From Eledone cirrhosa (taxonomy: Eukaryota), in assembly GCA_964016885.1 (NCBI GenBank), contig OZ024740.1:384338001-384402000 (forward strand): a stretch of 64,000 nucleotides of DNA, given 5' to 3'. Both the position numbers and the translations under genes were made by a program. Positions within the stretch are counted from its first letter, which is position 1. Each line of letters opens with the position of its first letter. This document shows positions 55,467-64,000 of this stretch, in pieces. The notes beneath the pieces were generated by a model. That model saw only the letters and a program-made list of their open reading frames with translations, searched no databases and had not been told where the DNA came from.

Positions 55467-55651
55467 GGGCGGTGGATTGGCAGTATCGGTAGAGGGTCGG
55501 ACGCCATGCTTTCCAGCATAGTTACGTCCCTTTACGATCTGAGTTCAAATCCCGCCGAGGTTTACTTTGCCTTTCATCCTTACGGGGTCGATAAAATAAA
55601 GTACCAGTAATGCACTGGATAATTGCTGGCCTTGTGCCTAAAGTAGAAACA
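55467..55651 (+). mobile_element. Full-length young SINE with 16-bp TSD
   Basis: TSD attatatatttataaa at 55451-55466 and 55652-55667; A and B boxes. Confidence 0.93.
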
Positions 55652-55739
55652 ATTATATATTTATAAATTTATAAATTTACAAATCTACAAACTTATAAAT
55701 TTCTGGTTGGAAGGCACAGAAACAAAGAAAGGAATCCCC

Positions 55740-55784
55740 AGTCACTGAAGAGGTCACAGAGTGTGTGACGAAAGGACTATGACT
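55740..55784 (+). ncRNA. Minimal hammerhead ribozyme
   Basis: agtca CTGAAGA g gtcaca gagtg tgtgac GAAA ggac TA tgact. Confidence 0.75.
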
Positions 55785-55871
55785 ATATATAAACAACTAT
55801 CTGGTTGTGGAATCAACCAACCAACCAGAAATTTATAAGTTTGTAGATGTGTAAATTTATAAATTTATAAA

Positions 55872-56806
55872 TCTATATATATAAAACTGTGGTTGTCTGT
55901 CTGTCTATCGATTTTTGGCACACATCTCCTCTTAGAATCTCTCACGGAATTGCACCGAAATTGCTATAATTGTACATTGAGCCCTAGCGAAGACATCGGA
56001 AAAAAGATATTTCAAATTGACCCACCCTATGTGACGAAATCGAATATAATGTATCGATTTTTGAGGGTAAGTTATCAGTTATTTCCCTTTGTTCTGTTTA
56101 CATTGAGCGTCTTACGTAAAAAATTACGCTGGCTTTCTCAGCGTTTAAAATGACATTAACACAATACACGAACAGCTGTCGTCGAGCCAGCAAAATATTG
56201 ACCTGCAAAATTCATCAGTTCGAACACTAAGCTTCCGTTTTGCTTCATTTCCATTTAAAAGCATTTTAAAACAATATTTTTACTTGAAAACAAGTCTATT
56301 TAAAGACTACGTAAAACAAGCAAATATTTCAAAGTTAGGCGTGCAGACAGATAGTCGTGTAGAGAGGTGATATACGCGTGCAGACAGACAGTCGTGCAGA
56401 GAGGTGATATAGGCGTGCAGACAGACAGTCGTGCAGAGAGGTGATATAGGCGTGCAGACAGACAGTCGTGCAGAGAGGTGATATAGGCGTGCAGACAGAC
56501 ATAACTGATAATTTTGTTACGCTAATGTTTTTCTCTGCGTTGCAGTGTTTACATTTTCGATCTTTGTTAATAAATAACCAGTGCAGTTTCTATCCCCAGC
56601 ATCCTCTTTTGTTATAACATTCGGGTTATCGTTATGTTTTCTTAACTTCATAAGGCATATTGTTGGTTGAGGGAATATTAATCAAAAACACCACATGCAA
56701 GTCTGCACAGTAGACACTACAGTTTTTAAGCCAAGAAAGAAACTTAACATTGTAACTTTAACAAAGCTACTGAGCGACCCCGAGCAACGCCGGGCTTTAC
56801 TGCTAG
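55872..56806 (+). mobile_element. Non-autonomous Helitron
   Basis: A|TC 5' end (tctatatatataaaa); subterminal hairpin cccg..cggg; CTAG|T 3' end; no TSD. Confidence 0.85.
56337..56501. repeat. 37-bp minisatellite, about 4.5 copies, inside the Helitron
   Basis: Unit aggcgtgcagacagacagtcgtgcagagaggtgatat. Confidence 0.92.
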
Positions 56807-56939
56807 TATATAATAAATTGAAGTGTAAGCAACTGGTGCGTGTGTTTCTTATTGGCAACATGACCCTCCCAAAGTATAACAATATCGGTTTCATTACACG
56901 ATTTCAGATAAAGAATCTTGCTAAACAAATTCAGAAACG

Positions 56940-56975
<36 letters not shown>

Positions 56976-57266
56976 ATAATAAAAAGGATAAATATATATC
57001 AAATATATAAGATATATATATCTTAGATTTCGGGTTCCAGTTATGACCACCATACTATAGTGAAGGGGTCGTTTCAAACATAACCCCACAAAGAGCACCA
57101 GGACAAATTTTGTTTTCGTAATTTTGTTGTGAATACAACTGGGCCCCAACACCGAAAGTGACACATACATGTTAAGTTTATGAAATGTTAAATATACTAA
57201 GTAAGATTTTTTGCAACAGTTTCCATGGAACTTTTATCTACAGATATGCTGCATACACACACACAC

Positions 57267-57313
<47 letters not shown>

Positions 57314-57466
57314 CAAACACACACACATACACACACACACACACAAATATATATATATATATATATGCATATATACGTATGTAAAGGTAAACAGAAATAA
57401 CAACACAATCAGTACAGTATATGGAAGGGATGTATTAGGTTAATGCTTGATATAGCAGGAAGAGGG

Positions 57467-57501
57467 CCTTAACGTTTTGAACGCTAATCCTTCATCAGAA
57501 G
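57467..57501 (-). ncRNA. Degenerate minimal hammerhead (related copy at 47517-47550, plus strand)
   Basis: ctt CTGATGA aggattagcgttc aAAA cgtta agg; the other copy reads CTtATGA aggactagcgtcc GAAA cgtc. Confidence 0.55.
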
Positions 57502-57649
57502 AAAGAATGATAAATAAGTTAGATTGAGGGGACTGGCGGGTTGGAATTGGAAAAAAATGTCTTTAGATGAAAACAACAGGTCCATTCATGTTGATATCTC
57601 TTGCAAAACTGCTGGTGCTGGCGTACTGTGTATGGTTTACATATATATA

Positions 57650-57740
<91 letters not shown>

Positions 57741-57789
57741 GTTTGTATATGTATAATAAAGCCAAAACAATGCAGGTATGGGCATAGAA

Positions 57790-59020
57790 TAAAGAATGCA
57801 AATGCAAAAGATATTGTTGACAATTAGTCTTTTACCTTAGATTTATTTAAATGTCCTTAATTTTCGAGATAATATCTCTTCTTCAGAGGGATGTAAAGCT
57901 GTTAATCCAGTGTTCTAAATAGCTTGCCAAGTCATGCTGACAGGATATGGTATATAGTATATGTTCTATCTCTAATGTCAAAGAGTTAAGATTAGGTGGA
58001 TAAAGAGTAGTCTCCCTTTAAAAGGGTTTTTTTGTACATGCCTGTTTAAGTGTGTGGGAGAGTGCATGAATGTGTAAGTATGTGAGTGTGTGTGTGTGAG
58101 TGTGAGAAGATATGTCTATACGTAAATGTGGGGGATAGATGTTATCTCGTGTTATAATTGATTTTGTGTGTGTATGTGTGAGAGAGAATAAGTGGAGGTG
58201 TAAGCGTGTGTGTGTGTGCGTGCGTGTGTGCGTGTGTGGTGTGTGTAAATATGGGGCTAGAAGCTCTATCAAGTTATAAATTGGGTGTTGAGTTCTAGTC
58301 TATCATTGATTGGTGATTGTGTTTTGTCTATAATTAGTGCTTCCTTAATTCTAAGATTGCCGAGGTTTCTTTCCTTAGTTTCTATCCTAACTGTTATTGT
58401 TTTGTCGGTGTTTTTGCATTTAACTAGGTGTTTCTTAAATGAGGAAGCGTTAGTATTGAGGTGTTCTTTTATTCTTATGTGGAGTGGTCTGGTGGTGCTA
58501 CCAACGTAGAAGTTGCTGCATTTGTCACACTCTAGTCTGTATACTACGTAAGCCTGGTGGCATAGGTGTGTGTCATTAATAGGGCAGTTTGGCTAATCTG
58601 CAGCAGTTGTCATGTCTGGTGGAGTGTCTTTTGGTTAGCTGTCCGCGCAGAGAAGGACCTGAGTGGGCCAGTTGGATATCTAGTCCCTCTCGTCTGATAG
58701 CTCTGCGGATGGCTGTTGTTGTTTCTTCACTGAAGTGTGGGAGCTTCAGGAAGCAAGGGTTAGTGCCTCGGGTGTGGTGTCCTTGGTTCTTTCTGGCACG
58801 GTTTGTGGTGGATGTCGTGTATCCGTTCAGTTTGAGTACTTCCAGGAAATGTGTAGTGTGTGTGTCTCGGTCTCTAGCGTCGGCCCTCCCAGCCGGCGCT
58901 AAGTTCGGATGCATAAGGAACTAACTAACACGTATCCGGAACAAATGCACCGACGCTAGAGACCGAGACACACACACCACACATTTCCTGGAGAGTACTT
59001 AAACTGAACGGCTATGACAG
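57790..59020 (-). mobile_element. Penelope/Poseidon-like 3' fragment (GIY-YIG) with a short inverted duplication at its 5' break
   Basis: LKLNGY, LKLPHFSE, VVYRLECDKCSNFYVGSTTRPLHIRIKEHL; 58815-58884 mirrors 58951-59018. Confidence 0.85.
57855..57889 (-). ncRNA. Minimal hammerhead in a PLE pseudo-LTR
   Basis: cct CTGAAGA a gagat att atctc GAAA atta agg. Confidence 0.7.
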
Positions 59021-60484
59021 TCATCATGACGGTCGACATAGTAATACAATTCCCATAATTCCTGATGACACTGGAACCACCCAAGCCAAAGCATCATTTG
59101 ATCTTGTTAAAGATTGGAATCTTGATGGGTCTATGGTGGGCTTGGTCTTCGACACAACTGCTTCGAATTTTGGATGGAAAAATGGTGCCTGCGTGAAACT
59201 AGAAGAGATACTCAAAAAGGTGTTTTATTTTGCTTGTCGGCACCATGTCATGGAGCGTATCTTGTGTGCAGTGTGGCAACACCTATTCGGAGCAATGTCC
59301 AGTCCAGACACCCCAGAGTTCAAGGAGTTCAAAAAAATATTGGGTGTCACTCACGGACAAAACCAACTTTAAAACATCAAGTTCCTCCAAGATTTGCTGA
59401 CATCCGACGATGGGAAAATAAGTTCTCTTCCACGAGACGACTACCGAGAATGTGCTGAGTTGATGTTGATCTTCCTTGCTGTTATCACTCCTCGTGGAAT
59501 TCATTGGATGCTGCCTGGTGCACATCATAACGCTGGGTGGATGTCCACAATCATCTATAGTGCAAAGATGTATACATTTGGTGAGCGACTCAATTACGAT
59601 CAAGCTAAAATGGAAAAGTTGCGCCGGATCTGTATGTTCAATGCTCTGTTCTACGTGCGATACTGGCTGACAGCAATCAAGTGTGTTGATGCACCATCCA
59701 ATGACCTTCAGTTCTACGTGGCGTTGACACAGTACAGTAACCTTGACAGTACTGTTTTGAGCAGGTATCTTTGGTACATGACGGAGCTAGCGCTGTTTTC
59801 AAGTCGGGTCCAAGAGTCCGAGAAGAAACAAATACGAACAAATACGAAGACGTCTGGGCCTCTCGACCGTGGTGCTCCAGTATTTCGCGAGTTGAAGTCG
59901 TCCACAAAGCTACATCATCTAGTTGGGAACAAATCAAGGCTTCTGTTCGATCTCCTTGATCTCGACGATACTTGTCTTGAGCTGTCACCTGCAACTTTGT
60001 CATCACAAGCGTCATATAAAAATCCCTGTGTTGTTGTTCACAATATCAAGGTAGTCAACGATCTGGCGGAGAGAGCAGTCAAGTTGATAACTGATGTTGT
60101 TGCCATCACCAAGAAAGAGGAGGAGAAGAAATGTGTTCTTCAAGTAGTCGAAGCTCATGGTCGCAAGGTCCCGGATTTCAAAAAAGAAACACTCAAAAAA
60201 TATGACTGGAACTTGTTTCTTCCTTATAAGCCTTAATATTCAAAGCTGGTTTAGTAAATATAATGGATTAATAAAATAAACAATTATTGTATGGTCATAT
60301 TTGGTTTCACATTTTCATGATTTCATGCAACAGAATCACACTTTCCACTATAATCACCATGATATAGGCATGGCTCAAAATAATTTATTTTATCAGAATA
60401 CGTTTTATTTTAACAATTGGGGCATTTATAATGAGAATACAGGGAGCGTTAGGACTGTGACCTTGGTTTTTATGGCACACTCTA
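59021..60484 (+). mobile_element. hAT-superfamily (hATm-like) transposase 3' part plus right end
   Basis: VFDTTASN, ACRHH..E, PRDDY.E, VVNDLAERAVKL; terminus cacactcta (reverse complement TAGAGTG). Confidence 0.8.
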
Positions 60485-60915
60485 ATATATATATATATGG
60501 AGGAGGTTATAGTTCACTTGAAGCATTGTGTAATGAGGTATCGAACTGGAATCGAATTATGTCGATCGATTGGTTACCGATTAGGGGAAAACCGCTAATG
60601 AAGCCACATGCGCCGATTGTGCATTGTTGCATAAAAAATGCAAACAGTATATGCTTTGCACTCTATTGCTGACTTAAGTGTGGCCGAAAGTCGAGTAAGG
60701 ATATAAATTTGAGGTACCCATTTACGTGTGTTGTATTGAAGTGAATAACTATGTCTACTCTGGGAATTTAGAGAACATTGCCTATTGAGTTCGCTGAGAT
60801 GCTACCGGTACTAGAAGTGAAATCCTTGCTGGTTCCGTCACCTCATTTCATATATATATATATATATGTATATATAATATAAGATCAAAAGATGGTTAAA
60901 CGATTTCCAAGTATC

Positions 60916-60978
60916 TTATTACGCGCATTTCAAAAACAAATATCATCATGGGATGATATTTGCGTTCACATCAGATAA
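60916..60978 (-). ncRNA. Hammerhead motif with one core substitution
   Basis: ttat CTGATGt gaacgcaaatatcatc..gatgatatttgttttt GAAA tgcgcg TA ataa. Confidence 0.65.
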
Positions 60979-61735
60979 AATAGGGAGACATGATATGAAG
61001 ATTAAAAAACACTTGCGAGCAGTGAAGTGTTAAAACAACATATGAAAAATAAAGTAAGATGGATATATGAGGTTGGAAAAAAAGGAAGGGGGGATAAGAA
61101 AAGTTAAGGAAGAGAAAGAAAGAAAATAAATGATGACGGGGGAGGAGTATAAGAAGGAAGGATGAGAGAGGAGGAGAAATGAGTGATAGAGAGAGAGAAA
61201 TAGCCTTTACAACTGAGAAAATATTGTCTCACAGAGAGAAATTAAAAAACCGTTTTAAGATAATAGATAATTTTAAAAGATTTTGAAATTAAAAGTTAAT
61301 GAGGTTTATGAATGGTGATGTTTATGATTAAATAAAAAGGAATTAAGAATAGTATTTATTTAAGGTTTATATATTGAAGGGTTTAATAATATGTGCGAAA
61401 AAAAGAATTTATTAATATGTATTATTAAAATAAAATATTAAGTATATTAAGGATATAATGTGAAAGAAGGAGAGATTAAATTAATTATGAACTTAGAGGA
61501 ATTAGTTAGGGTTTAAGTTTTTTTAATGTATTGTAATATGTAAAAGTAAATAATAGGTTTAATACGAGCACGGAAGGAGAGAAGAGAGATGAAAATTTAA
61601 GAAGGAAAAAATATATAGCGTCAAAAAGTATATATGTTTACAAAGATTTACTAATCGTAATATTATTATATATTAAAATAATATAGTTTGTATGGCCAGG
61701 AATATAAGGAAAAATGGAAAATGGTATAGTGAGTA

Positions 61736-61816
61736 ATAATTGTTTCTACTTTTGGCACAAGGCCAGTAATTATTCCAGTGTATTACTGGTACTTTATTTT
61801 ATCGACCCCGTAAGGA
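61736..61816 (-). mobile_element. SINE 3' fragment
   Basis: Core and tail match. Confidence 0.8.
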
Positions 61817-62145
61817 TACGTAATTGAGAAGTAAAAGTTAAAGATTAAAGATAAGAAATTAAAAAAGAAAAAAGGAAGAAAGGAAAAAGGATAAAAAGAA
61901 GAAAGATAGTGGACCTCTAACGACATAGAATGAGTAAAATATATAATATAATATACTGAAATAAGGTAGAAAGATGGGTATATTTGTAGAAGAAATAAAA
62001 GCATTTGAGAAAAGAAGATTTTAAACTAATTAGGTATTGAGATATAGATATTAGCTGTATACTTTATGGAAATTTCTATGGGATTTATGCAAGCAGACCG
62101 AAAATAAATACGTACGTCTATTCATTATAGAATTAAAATTAAAAA

Positions 62146-62332
62146 GAGGGCGGTGGATTGGCAGTATCGGTAGAGGGTCGGACGCCATGCTTTCCAGCAT
62201 AGTTACGTCCCTTTACGATCTGAGTTCAAATCCCGCCGAGGTTGACTTTGCCTTTCATCCTTACGGGGTCGATAAAATAAAGTACCAGTAATACACTGGG
62301 TAATTGCTGGCCTTGTGCCTAAAGTAGAAACA
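62146..62332 (+). mobile_element. Full-length young SINE with 18-bp TSD
   Basis: TSD attatagaattaaaatta at 62124-62141 and 62333-62350. Confidence 0.93.
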
Positions 62333-63667
62333 ATTATAGAATTAAAATTAGATATAATGGTAATTTTCTCGATTAGGCAGAGATTACATGTTCTGGATAG
62401 GGAAGAATTCTGGTAAGGAAAGCCGTTGCAAACCTTCCCACAAGAGATGTTATAGTTAATATTTTTGTCTTTTAAGGAGCATATGAGTTCCGAGAGTGCC
62501 GTGTTGGTTCTTTTGAGTTGGTATTTAAAAGACGAATTGTGATTATAAAATCTTGCTTTAAAGGAAGTGGAAGTGGAACCGAAATAGGTAAACTAATTAG
62601 TACCAGTTATAACCTTACATTCATACACTATATGTTTATCAAGACATTGGTTATTAAGACGACATTTAGTTCTAACAGAGCAATTACAATTACGATTAGA
62701 GAAATTAATGAGTTATTAACAAGTGATCTAGTATTATTTATAGAAGGAATTGGATTGGAGAAATTATTTACGATAGGAACTATAGTTTCCTGCTTTAGAT
62801 TGGTGTTATGAACATTCAACGAAGTTACGTTTGACGTCGTATTTAAATTTTCTGAATCTAGCCTAGAGTTAACATTGACGTCGGGTTTACTATTGCTAAT
62901 AATATGACGCTCAGTGTTGGATGGATATAATTTATTATTTAATATTTTATTATTGTGTTTAGAGAGAATGTTAGAGATGTTGGAAGTGGTGGAATAAGAG
63001 AATTTGATTGTATGTTTGTTAAAGATCTTACTATAGATATGCGAGGGAGGGAAGCATTTATCTAAGGCCCTAAAGAATAGTTTAGGAATATTACTAGTAA
63101 TAGATAGAGAAAAATGAGCATTATACCAAATCATATTTTTGTATCTAGGTCTTTTATTTAAGTTATTGGAATGTTCCTAATTAACTATATTACTTTAAGT
63201 TCTTCGATGATTGGTTTCTATACTGTATATAATTTTATCAGGATAACCGGCTTTGGAAAGCGCATTATTATAGTAATTGGCATTAGCGTCGAAGATAACT
63301 TTATTAGAGGATAGATTTGAGATTCTTTTTTCAATATAGATATATTTATTAAAAAACAGATTAAAGTTTAATCAAAGAATCGCTGCTTTCACCCTTAACG
63401 GGATCTTCTGAAACTAAAAAAATCAATCTGTGAACGCAGAAGTAAATATTTCGAAAAACGTTGCAACCGAAGGAAGACAGAAAGACGATACTTTGGTTCG
63501 TGGAAACGTTCCCTGGCAAAGAACGGAAAAAAACGAAGATAATACGTCATAATTAGGAGCGGTGAAAACAATTACACGCATAGACAAAACCATGTTTATA
63601 GTATAAATGAAATATATTAGGTGGTTCGTGGAGACGTTCTCTGGCAATGAACCGAAAAAGCGAAGTG

Positions 63668-64000
63668 ATACGATCATACCCTCGGCTACTGGGGTCCAAC
63701 AAGGCGACCCTTTGAGACCCCTCCTGTTCGCCCTTGTTATTGACCCATCGCCCGGAGTATCACGGCCCCTCTCAACGTTTGGTATATGGATGATGCTACG
63801 TTGGGCGAGCCCGTACGTACGGTCTGCCATGACCTTCAATCGGCGGTTACTGCCCTCGGGGGAAGGGCCTCCTTGTCAACTGAGCCAGGTCCATCCTCGG
63901 GTCACCGATCCACCCGCCGGCCATCCACTCCACTCTCGGGTCCAGGATTCAACAGCTTCAGACTCTCACGATCCGACTGGGCTTGATTGACGGCCAACCA
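63668..64000 (+). pseudogene. RT fragment of an RLE-type (CRE-like) non-LTR element, running off the window
   Basis: IIPSATGVQQGDPLRPLLFAL followed, after a frameshift, by VWYMDDATLG. Confidence 0.7.

Larger units (their letters stand above)
60855..63330 (-). mobile_element. Penelope-like 3' fragment (same group as the 41-kb copy) with pseudo-LTR
   Basis: IWYNAHFS..FFRALDKCFP..KIFN..KFSYST; YFGSTSTSFKARFYNH GIY-YIG; interrupted by SINEs. Confidence 0.82.

Noticed and set aside
55467-55560. tRNA gene
   Set aside because: The A and B boxes belong to a SINE head with a conserved body, tail and TSD; no cloverleaf
56337-56501. 37-bp repeats as a CRISPR array
   Set aside because: Head-to-tail units with no spacers, inside a eukaryotic Helitron

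Overview
Eukaryotic, AT-rich window made almost entirely of transposons and microsatellites. The repeat content suggests a cephalopod such as Octopus (inference only). Positions 0.45-27.7 kb hold a nearly gap-free pile-up of microsatellite-targeting non-LTR retrotransposons: four Tx1/L1-clade elements and two R4/Dong RLE elements. Three Tx1 and both Dong elements sit in (AAT)n tracts, with the two families always in opposite orientation to the repeat; the most divergent Tx1 sits in (GATA)n. Positions 32-63 kb hold at least four Penelope-like (RT + GIY-YIG) remnants and several inverted pseudo-LTR pairs carrying about a dozen hammerhead-ribozyme motifs. Also present: two CR1-group LINEs, a hATm-like transposase fragment with related MITE ends, a Tigger-like MITE, a non-autonomous Helitron, a CRE-like RT fragment and many copies of a tRNA-derived SINE whose 3' end matches the Tx1 3' end. 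All element ORFs are disrupted. No intact host gene is visible; a few weak minus-strand exon candidates (possibly BPI/LBP-like) exist. Everything was read by eye, so boundaries are approximate to a few bases.
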